DNA from: Torpedo marmorata
Taxonomy: Eukaryota
Assembly (NCBI GenBank): GCA_977017645.1
Contig: OZ360233.1
Span: forward strand, 18,166,001 to 18,230,000
Reading direction: 5' to 3'
Length of the DNA stretch: 64,000 nt
How positions within the stretch are numbered: the first letter of the stretch is position 1; each line of letters begins with the position of its first letter. Position numbers and translations under genes: made by a program. Below are positions 25,154-39,428 of this stretch, one piece after another. The notes under the pieces are model-generated. The model made no database searches, was not told the DNA's origin, and saw only the letters and a program-made list of their open reading frames with translations.

Positions 25154-25579
25154 ATGTTCCTCCTTTGTCCTTCGCTGATTCTATGGGCCGTTCTGCCTGG
25201 TGAGACTGATTGATCAACACGTGTTCCGCGGGGTCAGTGCCGTTTCGCGCCGTTCACACATTCTGTCTTTTGTTCCAGGGGCCAGTGGGAACGATTCAGT
25301 GACCCAAGAACCCCCGGAATTGATTGTCAATGAAGGGCAGATCGTATCACTGAGCTGCAGTTACTCGAAAAATCCCGATGCATATTTTTGGTACATTCAA
25401 CGTCCTGGAGAATCTCCCAAATATTTGCTGAAAATCTACGCGTCAGGAGATGTGGCTCCGTCTCCCGATTGTCCGGAGAGGATATCGGGTTCATTGGAGA
25501 AAAAGAGCCAGAGATCCCACCTCAATAACTCGAAAACCCTTGTGGAGGATTCTGCCGTGTATCTCTGCGCCGTGGAGCT
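25154..25579 (+). CDS. V segment D4, potentially functional
   Basis: Leader 25154-25199, intron 25200-25278, open V exon; RSS 25580-25618. Confidence 0.85.
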
Positions 25580-26079
25580 CACACTGTTCCAGGGCGGTGG
25601 CAGATCCGCACAAAAACTCACCTCGTGACATTGAATCGGACCCTATCGCTAGGGGGCGCTCTCGGCCACGCAATGGAAGCGACTACACGACGTTTCTGGA
25701 AAGTCTTCTTAAAACTGCAACGCCGAGTTGCAGGAGATTTGTCCTCCTATGAGCGTTTCTCTTTCTCGGCCTCCTCTGTGTCCGATTCCTTAGTTTGAGG
25801 TGCAAGGTGGGAAGTCAGGGAAAGAGAAAGAAATGGATAGCTGGAAAAGGGAAGTCGTGTTCTTTTTATGGAAATTGAGAGATTAAAAAAAGTGGTAGAT
25901 GCAGGTTCAATTTTAATCTTTAAGGAAAAGTTGGATAGGTATATGGACGAGAGAGGTGTGGAGGGTTATGGGCCGGGTGCGGGTCAGTGGGACGAGGTGG
26001 GAGAATGTGTTCGGCATGGACTAGAAGCGCCGAACTGGACTGTTTCTGTGCTGTAAATGTTATATGGTTATATATGGTG

Positions 26080-27702
26080 TTGGTAGGACAGGAGCGTGGC
26101 CCCTCGGCCTGTCCTTTCTAAAATCAACAAGCTCCTTGGTCTTGGTGTCATTCAGAAAAATTTCGTTTATTCTCCAGGTAGAGCTACAACCCAATCCAAT
26201 AACTGCTCTTTTCGGGGTTATTGACCCAGACATAGGGAGTTTTTCTGTACCTGTTCAACGGGTTGTGTTCTTCTCTACATTGTTGGCTAGAAGAGCCATC
26301 CTATTCAAAGGGAAAGACTCTAGACCTACAACAGTGTTTCAATGGTTTTCTCATATTATGTCTTGTTTCAGCTTAGAAAAAATTAGATATCATGTATTTG
26401 ATTTATCGGTGAAATTTGAAGATACATGGCGACCTTTTATGTCTTATTTTCATATGATGTAAGTGTTTCTAATGTGATTAGATGTATTTGCTCTTCCTTT
26501 GCTTTTTAATTTACGGTAGGAACCAAAAATTACAAAATATATATAACCTTCAGGATAAGCTGCTCAGCTGTTTATTGTTAGTTTTTTTTAAATTAGAGTA
26601 GGTTAGGTGGTTTTCTAAAAATATATATACATATAATACTTTTGATTTTTTTCATTGTCACCTATTGCAGTGGAGGGGGGATCGAATTTATACTGTTTGA
26701 AGTTTTATTTTAATATATATACACATGTGATTTTGTATTTTCAATTTGTTTCCTTTCCTTCATTGTATTGTATTTCTTATTAAAATCAATAAAAAACATT
26801 GAAAAAGAGAGATTGTTGTTCTGGAACCACCCAAACAGGTTCGTGATTTCCATCCTGCATTCTGGCTCATCTTTTCCAGTTATTCACCCAACACTGGTGG
26901 TGTCGACATCTAATTTGTAGATTGAGTTGGAGCTGAACTTGGCTGCACAGTCATGGATGCCCATGGCATGGAGTGGGGGACAAAGCAGGCAGCCTTGGAG
27001 TGCTCCTGTGTTGATGGCCAGCGAGGAGGAGGTGATGTTGTTGATTAGCACTGTTTGGGTCTGACAAAGAGGAATTCAAAGATCCAGTCGCAGTGGAATG
27101 GACAGAGTTCTAGATCCTTCAACTTGGTCATAGGCTTTGCAGGTATGAGGGTGTTGAACGCCGAGCTGTAGTCAATGAACAACAGCCCCACGAATGTGTT
27201 TCGGTGGTCCAGGTGATTTAATGCAGAGTGGAGAGTCAGCGATATTGCGCCGTCATTTGACCCTTTGTGCTGATAGGTGAACTGAAGTGGGACAAGGTCG
27301 TTCCAGAGATAGGAGTAAATTCGCTCCATAACCAACCTCTGAAAACACTTCATCACAGTCGGTCAACTTTCTCTTCTTGGGCACGTCGGGGAGGGAGGAG
27401 ATTGGAAGCAAACACACCGAAATGCTGGAGGAACACAGCCGGTCTCGCAGAGTCCATAGGAGGGACAGATATCTAACCAACGTTTCGGCCTAAGCCCTTT
27501 TTCAAGGAATAAGCAAAGCGCAGGAAGGCATCAGAATAAAAACTGAAAAATGGCAGGTGGAGGAGTCCCGAATAACAGGTGTTAATTGGATATGGATGGA
27601 GGAGAAGTGAGAATTGATTTTGGCTCTGTGAAGGGAGACACAGGGAGAAGCGAAGAGACATAGACAGAGGCAGAGAGCGAGAGAGAGAGAAAGGGAGAGA
27701 TT

Positions 27703-27734
<32 letters not shown>

Positions 27735-27747
27735 TAGATAGATAGAC

Positions 27748-27778
<31 letters not shown>

Positions 27779-28105
27779 TTGAGATAAAGAGATCTGGGGG
27801 AAAAGCGACAGGAGGAAGAACAACGGGGGATGTTTTACGAAACAATTGAGAAGTCGATGTTCATGCGATATGGTTGGAGGTAGCCCAGACGGAAGATGAG
27901 GTGTTGTTCCTCCAATTTGCACGTGGTCACTGTCTGGCAGTGCATGAGACCACGGACAGACATGTCAGAAAGTGAGTGGATCGGGGAATTCAAATGGGTG
28001 GCCACTGGGAGATCCACGCTTTTGCGGCGGAGAGAGCCGAGGTGTTCAACAAAGCGATCTCAGAGTCTGCGCCCAGTGTCTGCGATGTAGAGGAGACAAG
28101 AGCAG
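26080..28105. mobile_element. TE block copy (Rex1/L1/Penelope-like)
   Basis: Collinear with 1-1915, including the (GA)n/(GATA)n tract. Confidence 0.75.
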
Positions 28106-28335
28106 ACTGGAAACGAAGCAGGAGCGGGAAGGTCAGAGAAATACAACCAGAGAGACTGCATTTAGACCTGCTCGTTTATATTGGTTCCAGCGCAGCGTCA
28201 TCCAGAGGGAATGACCAATCCTGTGCGAGGGAAAGCCACCAATCTCGGAGCGGCGGCTGCTGCTGACGTGAAGTTGTAAATATAGCAGGACATCATGTGA
28301 GAAAATATTGTTCTTTTGACCTTCATTCGGACTCC

Positions 28336-28764
28336 ATGTCCCTCAAGAGGTACCTGCTGACTGTATGGGCCATTCTGGCAGGTGAGTCTCTGTCTGATCA
28401 GTCAGTGCGTCCCGCGGATTCAGCGCAATCCCGAGCCGCTCACACACTCCGTGGTTCATTCCAGGCACGAGTGGGGATGAATCCGTGACCCAAGGACCTC
28501 CGGAAATAACGGCCGAGGAAAGACAGACCGTGCCACTGAGCTGTAGTTACTCGACGAGTCACGCCAATATTTTTGGTACCTTCAACATCTTGGAGAACCT
28601 CCCAAATATTTGGTGAAAATGTACAGCTCGGGAGAAGTGGTTCCGTCTCACGATTGTCCGGATCGGATGTCGGGATCTTTGGAGAAAAAGAGCCAGCGCT
28701 TTCACTTGACTATCTCTGGGGCTCTTGTGGAGGACTCCGCCGTGTATTTCTGCGCCATGTGGCA
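28336..28764 (+). pseudogene. V segment A4 (1-nt deletion in CDR1, defective heptamer)
   Basis: GCC-AA-TAT versus GCC-GGA-TAT in A1 at ~28566; RSS 28765-28803 begins AACACTG. Confidence 0.85.
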
Positions 28765-29219
28765 AACACTGTTTCTGGGCGATGACGGATCCGCACAAAA
28801 ACTCGATTTGAGAATGAGGAAGGTGCCGTACAGCGCCGCGATTTAGCCTTGCGTGAGAAAAGGCGTTTCTCTTCCTCCCCGATCCGAGAAAAACGGGGAT
28901 CAATGTGAACAGCGTTTTACCAGAGAGGAGCGGAGACAGGAAATGAAGGTGAAGAGAGTTAGCGAGAGATTGATAGAAATTGAGAGAGAGAGAAAGAGAG
29001 AGATTATGTTGAGCAGTGAGAGAGAGAGGGAGTGAATGGAAGAGGGAGGGATGTGATGGAGGAAGAGAGACGGAAACGCAAGGGAGAGTGACAGAGAGCG
29101 GTACTGAGAAAGAGTATGATAGTGAGTGAATGAGGGATACATTGAGCGAGGAGGATGGGGAGTGAGCGGGAGTGGGTTCAGAGAGAGAGAGAGTGACAGA
29201 CAGAGCGAGAGCGAGAGAG

Positions 29220-29256
<37 letters not shown>

Positions 29257-29440
29257 TGGAGAATACAGAGAGGCGGAGAAACGCGACAAGGACGGAGAAT
29301 GGGAGACGTTCGCCATAAACTACCTGCTCAATGGTAGCGTCAACCTGACCTAACAAGAAATGCTGTGCGACAAAAACGGCCGGTGCGTCCCCCGGGGTTG
29401 GATGTTCCTGACTTCACCCCATCTCGTATATCGGGGTAAC

Positions 29441-29742
29441 ATGAGGAAATGTTCTTCTTTTGACCTACATTCGTGTCACTGAGCTGCAGTTACTTGATGA
29501 GTACCTCCGCACAGTTTTGGTACATTCAATATCCTGGATTACCTCCCAGGTTTTGATGAAAATGTACAGCTGCGGCGATGTGGTTACGTCTCAGATTGCG
29601 GAAGAAGATGTCGGGTTTCTTTGAAACAAAGACCCAGAAGGTCCACTTGACTGTCTACGGGACGCTTGAGTCGGAATCCGCCGTGTATATCTGTGTCGTG
29701 AAGCCCACTATTCCAGAGCGATGGCGGGTCCGTATAAAACGA
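29441..29742 (+). pseudogene. V pseudogene B4 (same leader-FR1 deletion as B1)
   Basis: CATTC joined to GTGTCACTGAGC; degenerate RSS. Confidence 0.8.
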
Positions 29743-30624
29743 AATCAAAATGGGCAGTGCCACCAGGGGGCGTGCTCTTCCCCCAACACAGTGCGGACCA
29801 GTGCACAGGACGGAGTCGGCAACTGTGCCTCCGGGCGAGAGTCGTCTCTAAAATGCAGTGCAGAGGTTGAGCCTCGCGTGATCAAGGACGTTTGTCTCAC
29901 TCTCTGTTCCGAGGCGGATGGGAGTAATTGAGAGAAAAGCGCGGAATCTGGTGGTTCACCTTTTGCGAGAGAGGGGGAGAGGCAGGATCTGCTGAGAAAG
30001 GGAGTGAGCGAAAGGGTGAAAGAAATTCAGTAGAAAGAAGGTGAGGAGTGAGAGAGAGTGAATGATAGAGAGAGATCGTGATTGACGAAGAGAGATATCA
30101 CAGGAGGGAGGCAGTGGGGAGGGAGTGGTAAGTAAGGAAGAGTGTGAAAATTATTTAATGAAGGAGACATTGAGAGTGCAAGAGCGGGAGAGGGACAGAG
30201 GGAATGTGTGACAGTGGGAGAAAGAGATTGAAGGGAGGGGAGCGACAGGCACTGCTCTCGAAAGACTAAATAAGTGTAAGACGGAGTCGCGTCGAGGTAG
30301 GAAGCTTAACAGAACGCGAGAAGGGCGTGAGGGTGCAGTAAAACGAGTGAAGGTGATGGAAAGAACGGAACGAGAGAAAAGAAGAGAGAGACGTGGGGAG
30401 TGTAAATATAGGTGGAGAAACACGTCCGAAAAAGACGGAGAATGAGAAACGGCCAACATTAACAACCAGTTTTCATTGGTTCAACAACGGCGCTCTCTTG
30501 AGCCCATGTGCGAGGAGGGCGCCCTCCTGTGTGTCCCAGAGGACGGGCTGCTACTAACGACACCCCACAGTCTTATATCGGGGCAGAATATGGAAATATT
30601 CGGCTGTTCACATTCATTCTGGGT

Positions 30625-31082
30625 TCCTCACCATCCAGTAGTTTGCTGATTCTATGGGCTGTTCTGCTTGGAGAGTCTCTGTTTGATTGGTCAGCGCGTG
30701 TTCCTCCCGGCTCAGCGCAATTCCTCGCATATCACATACTGTGTGTTTCATTCCAGGCACAAATGTGGAAAACTAGTGACCCACGGACCGACGGAACATA
30801 TGGCCGGACGAAGTGTCGCTGAGCTCCAGTTAGCCGAAAAAGGCTACCGTATGTTTTTGGTACATTCAAATTCCCGTGGAATCTTGGATATATTTGGTGA
30901 AAATCTACAGCGCAGGAGATGAGTTTCCGTCTCACCATTGACCGGACAGGATGACGGGTTCCTTGGAGAAAAGGGGCCGGTAACCTCAATATCTCCAAAG
31001 CTGTTGAAGCGGACCTGGCCGTTTATGTCTGCGCGGTGCGGCTCACAATGTTCCTGGGATATTGCGGAGACGCACAAAATCT
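30625..31082 (+). pseudogene. V pseudogene C5
   Basis: As C1, donor GA; RSS 31044-31082 CACAATG-23-ACAAAATCT. Confidence 0.8.
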
Positions 31083-31502
31083 CATTCTGAGATGGGATGT
31101 GGTTTGAGAGAAAATGGCAGAAAGAAGACGGGAGAGCGTGTTAAGGATTGCGAAAAGTTAAGCAGGTGAAAACGTGAGACAGAGTGAGGTAGAGCAATAG
31201 AACGAAAGAAGGGGAAAGAGGGTGCACTGAGCGAAAGCGAGGGCGGAGATACACAGATGGAAGGAGAAAGATGCGGCGAGTGTACAGATAGAGGGTGAAA
31301 TTTGCGTGAAGGACGGGGAACGAGATGCAGACTGTCTTATCAACTAGGTCTGATTGGTTCAATAATGGCGACTCGAACTAATCCTGTGCGAGGGAAGCAC
31401 TCACATATCTGTCCTTGGCGTTGGTTGGCTCATAACATCGCCCCGCCCCTTGTATAGCGGTAACACAAAGAAATATTCGATTTTGTCCTTAATACCCGTA
31501 CC

Positions 31503-31548
31503 ATGTCCTACCTGAGTTGTTTGCTGATTCTGTGGGCCGTTCTGACTG
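31503..31548 (+). other. Orphan/upstream leader exon L0-5
   Basis: MSYLSCLLILWAVLT+G, GTGAGT donor. Confidence 0.8.
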
Positions 31549-31874
31549 GTGAGTCTGTCTGATTGGTCAGCGACGTCTGTCCATCGTCCTTGCTCTACGA
31601 GTCTCACTCTTTAACTTAATTAAAGGTGGACAATTCCCCCAAGTCAAACCCTCTCCGTCGCACGTTCTCCCACCGTTTACTTATTTACACACTCTCTGTT
31701 TACTGAACTTACTCACGGTCGCTCTGTCGCTCTATCTCTCTCTCCTTCTGTTCTCGTGAGAGGGAAACGGCCCGTGTCTCCAACAGAGTTTCTGCTGCTT
31801 CCGACGTGAGTTTGCGCTCTTCTATCGGGCGAGCATTTGTAAAATATCCTTCCTTCGAATTTAATCCGGGCATC

Positions 31875-32300
31875 ATGTTCCTCGTTTGTCGTTCGCTGAT
31901 TCTATGGGCCGTTCTGCCTGGTGAGACTGATTGATCAACACGGGTCCCGCGGGGTCAGCGGCGTTTCGCGCAGTTCACACATTCTGTCTTTTGTTCCAGG
32001 GGCCAGTGGGAACGATTCAGTGACCCAAAAACCCCCGGAAGTGATTGTCAACGAAGGGCACATCGTATCACTGAGCTGCAGTTACTCGATTAATCCCGCT
32101 GCATTGTTTTGGTACATTCAACGTCCTGGAGAATCTCCCAAATATTTGCTGAAAATCTACACGTCAGGGGATGTGGTTCCGTCTCCCGATTGTCCGGAGC
32201 GGATATCGGGTTCATTGGAGAAAAAGAGCCAGACATTCCACCTCAATAACTCGAAAACCCGTGTGGAGGATTCTGCCGTGTATCTCTGCGCCGTGGAGCT
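31875..32300 (+). CDS. V segment D5, potentially functional
   Basis: Leader 31875-31920, intron 31921-31999, open V exon; RSS 32301-32339. Confidence 0.85.
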
Positions 32301-32629
32301 CACACTGTTCCAGGGCGGTGGCAGATACGCACAAAAACTCACCTCGAGACATTGAATAGGACCCTATGGCTAGGGGGCGCTCTCGGCCACGCAATGGAAG
32401 CGACTACACTACCTTTCTGGAGAGTCTGCTGTAACGCCGAGATGCAAGAGATTTGCCCTCCTCTGAGCGTTTCTCTTTCTCTGCCTCCTCTGTGTCTGAT
32501 TCCGTAATTTGAGGTGGAAGGTTGGAAGTCAGGGAGAGAGAAGGAAATGGATAGCTGTTTCCAAGTATATTGTAGGAAAAGGGAAGGAGTGTTCAAATGA
32601 TGGAAATTGAGAGATTAAATAAGTGTTGT

Positions 32630-34662
32630 GGGTAGGAGAGGAGCGTTACCCCTCGGCCTGTCCTTCCTAAAATCAACAAGCTCCTTGGTCTTGGTGTCAT
32701 TAAGAAAAAGATTGTTTATACTCCAGGTGGAGCTACGACCCAATCCAATAACTACGCTTTTCGGGGTTATTGATCCTGACATAGGGAGTTTTTCTGTACC
32801 TGTTCAACGGGTTGTGGCCTTCTCTGAAATGTTGGCTAGGATAGCCATCCTATTCAAATGGAAAGACTCTGGATCTCCAACAGTGTTTCAATATTTTCCT
32901 CGTAATTATGTCTTGTTTAAGCTTAGAAAAAAATTAGAAATTATGTATTGGATTCATCGGTGAAATTTTAAGATACATGGCGACCTTTTATGTCTTATTT
33001 TCATATGATGTAAGTGTTTCTAATGTAATTAGATGTATTTACTCTTCCTTTGTTTTTTGATTTACGGTAGGAACCAAAAATTACAAAATATATATAACCT
33101 TCAGGATAAGCTGCTCAGCTGTTCTTTGTTAGTTGTTTTTTTTTAAATTAGCGTAGGTTCGGTGGTATTTTTTTATATGTAGTACTTTTGATTTAAAAAA
33201 AAATTGTCACCTATTGCAGTGGAGTTGGGATCGAATTTATACTTTTTGAAGTTTTATTTTAATATTTATAAATGTGTGATATTGTATTTTCAATTTCGTT
33301 CACTTTTCTTGATTGTATTGTATTTCTTATAAAAATAAAAATAAAAAGATTGAAAAAGGAAGATTGTTGATCTGGAACCACCCAACCAGGTTCATGATTT
33401 CCATCCTGCATTCTGGCTCATCTTTTCCAGTTATTCACCCAACACTGGTGGTGTCGACATCTCATTTGTAGGTTGAGTTGGATCTGAACTTGGCTGCACA
33501 GTCATGGATGCCCATGGCATGGAGTGGGGGACAAAGCAGGCAGCCTTGGAGTGCTCCTGTGTTGATGGTCAGCGAGGAGGTGGTTGATGTGGTTGATTAG
33601 CACTGTTTGGGTCTGCCAAAGAGGAATTCAAAGATCCAGTCGCAGTGGGATGGACAGAGTTGTAGATCCTTCGGCTTGGTCATAGGTTTTGCAGGGATGA
33701 GGGTGTTGAACGCCGAGCTGCAGTCAATGAGCAACAGCCCCACGAATGTGGTTCGGTGGTCCAGGTGATTTAATGCAGAGTGGAGAGTCAGCGATATGAC
33801 GCCGTCAGTTGACCTTTTGTGGCGATATGTGAACTGAAATGTGACCAGGTCCTTCCAGAGATAGGAGTAAATTCGCTCCATAACCAACCTCTGAAAACAT
33901 TTCATCACAGTCGGTCAACTTGCTCTTCTTGGGCAAGTCGGGGAGGGAGGAGATTGGAAGCAAATACACACCGAAATGCTGGAGGAACACAGCCGGTCTC
34001 GCAGCGTCCATAGGAGGGACAGATATCTAACCAACGTTTCGGCCTAAGCCCTTTTTCAAGAACTAAGAAAAGCTCAGGAAGGCGTCAGAATAAAAACTGA
34101 CGACTGGCAGGGGCAGGAGTCCAGAATAACAGGTGTTAATTGGATATGGATGGAGGGGAAGTGAGAATTGATTTTGGCTCTGTGAAGGGAGACAGAGGGA
34201 AAGGCGANNNNNNNNNNNNNNNNNNNNNNNNNNNNNNNNNNNNNNNNNNNNNNNNNNNNNNNNNNNNNNNNNNNNNNNNNNNNNNNNNNNNNNNNNNNNN
34301 NNNNNNNNNNNNNNNNNNNNNNNNNNNNNNNNNNNNNNNNNNNNNNNNNNNNNNNNNGGGAAAAGCGATGGGAGGAAGAACAACGGGGGATGTTTAACGA
34401 AACATTGAGAAGTCGATGTTAATGCCACCCGGTTGGAGGTAGCCCAGACGGAAGATGAGGTGTTGTTCCTCCAACTTGCGCGTGGTCACTGTCTGGCAGT
34501 GCATGAGACCACGGACAGACATGTCAGAAAGTGAGTGGATCGGGGAATTGAAATGGGTGGGCACTGGGAGATCCACGCGATGGAGGCGGAGAGAGCCGAG
34601 GTGCTCAACAAAGCGATCTCAGAGTCTGCGCCCAGTGTCTGCGATGTAGAGGAGACAAGAGC
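32630..34662. mobile_element. TE block copy (Rex1/L1/Penelope-like); N gap 34208-34357
   Basis: Collinear with 6455-8475. Confidence 0.75.
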
Positions 34663-34894
34663 AGACTGGAAACGAAGCATGTACGGGAAGGGCAGAGAAA
34701 GACAACCAGAGAGACTGCATTTAGACCTGCTCGTTTATATTAGTTCCAGCGTAGCGTCATCCAGAGGGAATGACCAATCCTGTGCGAGGGAAAGCCACCA
34801 CTCTCGGAGCGGCGGCTGCTGCTGACGTGAATTTGTAAATATAGCAGGACATCATGTGAGAAAATATTCATGCTTTGACCTTCATTCGGACACC

Positions 34895-35324
34895 ATGTCC
34901 CTCAAGAGGTACCTGCTGACTGTATGGGCCATTCTGGCAGGTGAGTCTCTGTCTGATCAGTCAGTGCGTCCCGCGGATTCAGCGCAATCACGTGCCGCTC
35001 ACACACTCCGTGTTTCATTCCAGACACGAGTGGGGAGGAATCCATAACCCAAGGACCGCCGGAAATGACGGCCGAGGAAAGGCAGACCGTGCCACTGAGC
35101 TGTAGTTACTCGACGAGTCAATCCGCATATTTTTGGTACCTTCAACATCTTGGAGAACCTCCAAAATATTTGCTGAAAATGTACAGCTCGGGAGAAGTGG
35201 TTCCGTCTCGCGATTGTCCGGATCGGATATCGGGTTCTTTAGAGAAAAAGAACCAGCGCCTTCACTTGACTATCTCTGGGGCTCTTGTGGAGGACTCCGC
35301 CACGTATTTCTGCGCCGTGCGGCC
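34895..35324 (+). CDS. V segment A5, potentially functional
   Basis: Leader 34895-34940, intron 34941-35023, open V exon to YFCAVR; RSS 35325-35363. Confidence 0.88.
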
Positions 35325-35562
35325 CACACTGTTCCTGGGCGATGACGGATCCGCACAAAAACTCGTTTTGAGAATGAGGAAGGTGCCGTGCAGCGCCGCG
35401 ATTTACCTGCTCAATGGTAGCGTCAACCTGGCCCAACAAAAAATGCTGAGCGACGAAAACGGCCGGTGCGTCCCACGGGGTTGGATGCTCCTGACTTCAC
35501 CCCATCTCGTATATCGGAGTAACATGAGGAAATGTTCTTCTTTTGACTTCCATTCGGACACC

Positions 35563-36009
35563 ATGTACCCCCTGGTTTGTTTGCTGACTCTATCGGCCGT
35601 TCTGCCTGGTGAGTGTCTCTCTGGTTTATCAGCACGTGTCCGCCCGGTTCAGTGATTCGTGTTTCGTTCTCGAAATGATTGGGGAAGTTTATGTAACCTA
35701 TGGACCGCCGGAACGCATGACAGAGGAATTACAGACCTTGTCACTGAGCTGCAATTACTTGATGAGTACCTCCGCACATTTTTCGTACATTCAATATCCT
35801 GGAGAATCTCCAAGATTTTGATGAAAATGTAAAACTGCGGCGATGTGGTTACGCCTCAAGATTGCGGAAGAAGATGTCAGATTTATTTGAGGCAAAGAGC
35901 TAGAGGGTCCACACTGATTGTCTACGGGACGCTTGAATCGGACTCCGCCGTGTATATCTGCGTCGTGAAGCCCACTATTCCAGAGCGATGGCGGGTCCGA
36001 ATAAAACGA
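35563..36009 (+). pseudogene. V pseudogene B5
   Basis: As B3; conserved Trp codon also lost (TCG). Confidence 0.8.
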
Positions 36010-36890
36010 AATCGAAATGGGCAGTGCCACCAGGGGGCGTGCTCTTCCCCCAACACAGTGCGGACCAGTGCACAGGACGGAGTCGGCAACTGTGCCTCCG
36101 GGCGAGAGTCGTCTCTAAAATGCAGCGCCGAGGTTTAGCCTCGAGTGAGCAAGGACGTTTGTCTCACTCACTGTTACAAGGCGGAGGGGAGGAATTCAGA
36201 GAAAAGCGCGGAATCTGGTGGACCACCTTTTGCGAGAGAGGGGGAGAGACACGATCTGCTGAGATAGGGAGTGAGCGAAAGGGTGAAATTAATTCAGAGA
36301 TAAAGAAGGTGAGGAGTGAGAGAGATTGAATGATAGAGAGAGATCGTGATTGACAAAGAGAGATATCACAGGATGGAGGCAGTGGGGAAGGAGTGGTAAG
36401 TAAGGAAGAGTGTGAAAGTTATTTAATGAAGGAGACATTGAGAGTGCAAGAGCGGGAGAGGGACAGAGGGAATGTGTGACAGTGGGAGCAAGAGATTGAA
36501 GGGAGGGGAGCGATAGGCACTGCTCTCGAAAGATTAAATAAGTGTAAGACGGAGTCGCGTAGAGGTAGGAAGCTTAACAGAACGAGAGAAGGGGAGTGAA
36601 GGTGCAGGAAAACGAGTGAAGGTGATGGAAAGAGCGGAACGAGAGAAAAGAAGAGAGAGACGTGGGGAGTGTAAATATAGGTGGAGAAACACGTCCGAAA
36701 AAGGAGAATGAGAAATGGCCAACATTAACAACCAGTTTTCATTGGTTCAACAACGGCGCTCTCTTGAGCCCATGTACGAAGAGGGCGCCCTCCTGTGTGT
36801 CCCAGAGGACGGGCTGCTACTAACGAGACCCGACTGTCTTATATCGGGACAGAATATGGAAATTCTCGGCTGCTCACCTTCATTCTGGCT

Positions 36891-37346
36891 TCCTCACCAT
36901 CCAGTAGTTTGCTGATTCTATGGGCCGTTCTGCTTGGCGAGTCTCTGTCTGATTGGTCAGCGCGTGTCCCTCCCGGCTCAGCGCAATTCCTCGCATATCA
37001 CACACTGCGTGTTTCATTCCATGCATAAATGTGGAAATCTAGTGACCCACGGACCGACGGAACGGATGGCCACGGGAAGTGTCACTGACATCTAGTTACC
37101 CGAAAAAGGTTACCGTATGTTTTTGGTACATTCAAATTCCCGTGGAATCTTGTATATATTTGGTGAGAATCTACAGCGCAGGAGATGAGGTTCCGTCTCA
37201 CCATTGACCGGACAGGATAACGGGTTCCTTGGAGAAAAGGGGCAGGTAACCTCAATATCTCCCAAGCTCGTGAAGCGGACTTGGCCGTTTATGTGCGCGG
37301 TGCGGCTCACACTGTTCCTGGGATATTGCGGAGACGCACAAAAGCT
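36891..37346 (+). pseudogene. V pseudogene C6
   Basis: As C1, acceptor lost; RSS 37308-37346. Confidence 0.8.
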
Positions 37347-37766
37347 CATTCTGAGATGCGAAGTAGTTTGAGTGTAAATGGCAGATAGAAGACGGGAGAG
37401 CGTGTTAAGGTTTGCGAAAAGTTAAGCAGGTGAAAACGTGAGACAGAGTGAGGTAGAGCAATAGAACGAAAGAAGGGGAAAGAGAGTGGAGTGAGTGAAA
37501 GGGAGGGAAGAGATACACAGATGGAAGGAGAAAGATGCGGGGAGTGTACAGATAGAGGGTGATATTTGCGTGAAGGACCGGGAACGAGATGCAGACTGTC
37601 TTATCAACTCGGTCTGATTGGTTCAATAATGGCCACTCGAACCAATCCTGTGTGAGGGAAATACTCACATATCTGTCCTAGGCGTTGGTTCGCTCATAAC
37701 ATCGCCCCGCCCCTTGTATAGTGGTAACACAAAGAACTATTCGATTTTAACCTTAATCCGCGTATC

Positions 37767-37812
37767 ATGTCCTCCCTGAGTTGTTTGCTGATTCTGTGGG
37801 CCGTTCTGACTG
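37767..37812 (+). other. Orphan/upstream leader exon L0-6
   Basis: MSSLSCLLILWAVLT+G, GTGAGT donor. Confidence 0.8.
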
Positions 37813-38167
37813 GTGAGTCTGTCTGATTGGTCAGCGACGTCTGTCCATCGTCCTTGCTCTACGAGTCTCACTCTTTAACTTAATTAAAGGTGGACAATTC
37901 CCCCAAGTCATACCCTCTCCGTCGCATGTTCTCCCACCGTTTACTCATTTACACACTCTCTGTTTACTGAACTTCCTCACGGTCGCTCTGTCGCTCTATC
38001 TCTGTCGCTCTATCTCTCTCTCTCTCTCTCTCGCTCCTCGCCGTTCTCGTGAGAAGGAAACGGCCCGTGTCTCCAAAAGAGTTTCTGCTGCTTCCGACGT
38101 GAGTTTGCGCTCTTCTATCGGGCGGGAATTTGTAAAATATCCTTCCTTCGAATTTAATCCGGGCATC

Positions 38168-38593
38168 ATGTTCCTCCTTTGTCCTTCGCTGATTCTATGG
38201 GCCGTTCTGCCTGGTGAGACTGATTGATCAACACGTGTCCCGCGGGGTCAGTGCCGTTTCGGGCTGTTCACACATTCTGTCTTTTGTTCCAGGGGCGAGT
38301 GGGAACGGTTCAGTGACCCAAGAACCCCCGGAAGTGATTGTCAACGAAGGGCAGATCGCATCACTGAGCTGCAGTTACTCGATGAATCCCAATGCATATT
38401 TTTGGTACATTCAACGTCCTGGAGAATCTCCCAAATATTTGCTGAAACTCTACACGTCAGGAGATGTGGTTCCGTTTCCCGATTGTCCGGAGAGGATATC
38501 GGGTTCATTGGAGAAAAAGAGCCAGACATTCCACCTCAATAACTCGAAAACCCTTGTGGAGGATTCTGCCGTGTATCTCTGCGCCGTGAAGCT
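38168..38593 (+). CDS. V segment D6, potentially functional
   Basis: Leader 38168-38213, intron 38214-38292, open V exon; RSS 38594-38632. Confidence 0.85.
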
Positions 38594-39428
38594 CACACTG
38601 TTCCAGGGCGGTGGCAGATACGCACAAAAACTCACCTCGAGACTTTGAATCGGACCCTATGGCTAGGGGGCGCTCTCGGCCACGCAATGGAAGCGAATAC
38701 ACGACCTTCCTGGATAGTCTGCTGCAACGCCGAGATGCAGGAGATTTTCCCTCCTCTGAGCGTTTCTCTTTCACTGCTGCCTCTGTGTCTCATTCCGTAA
38801 TTTGAGGTGGACGGTAGGAAGTCAGGGGGAGAGGAAGAAATGGATAGCTGTTTGCCAGAATATTGTATGAAAATGAAGGAGTGTTTGTTAGATGGAAATT
38901 GAGAGATTAAAAAAGCGGTAAACCGCGCGGGTGGGTGTGACCGGTAGGTGAGCCTTCGGCCCCTCCTTCCCAAAATCAACAACAAGCTCCTTGGTCTTGG
39001 TGAAAATAAGAACAAAAGTGTTGTTCACGAACCACCAAACCAGGTTCACCATCTCCATTCTGCATTCTGACTCATCTTTTCCAGTTATTTGGCCAACACT
39101 GGTGGTGTCTTCAGCTAATGTGTCGGTTGAGATGGGGCTGAACTTGGCTGAACGGTCAATTGGTGCACATGGCAGAGATTGAAGGAAGGGAGAGATTGGA
39201 ACTGCTCTCGAAAGATTAAATAAGTGTAAGACGGAGTCGCGTAGAGGTAGGAAGCTTAACAGAACGCGTGAAGGGGCGTGAGGTTTCAGGAAAACGAGTG
39301 AAGGTGATGGAAAGGGCAGAACGAGAGAAAAGAAGAGAGAGACGTGGGGAGTGTAAATATAGGTGGAGAAATAGGTCCGAAAAAGACGGAGAATGAGAAA
39401 CGTCCAACATTAACAACCAGTTTTCATT

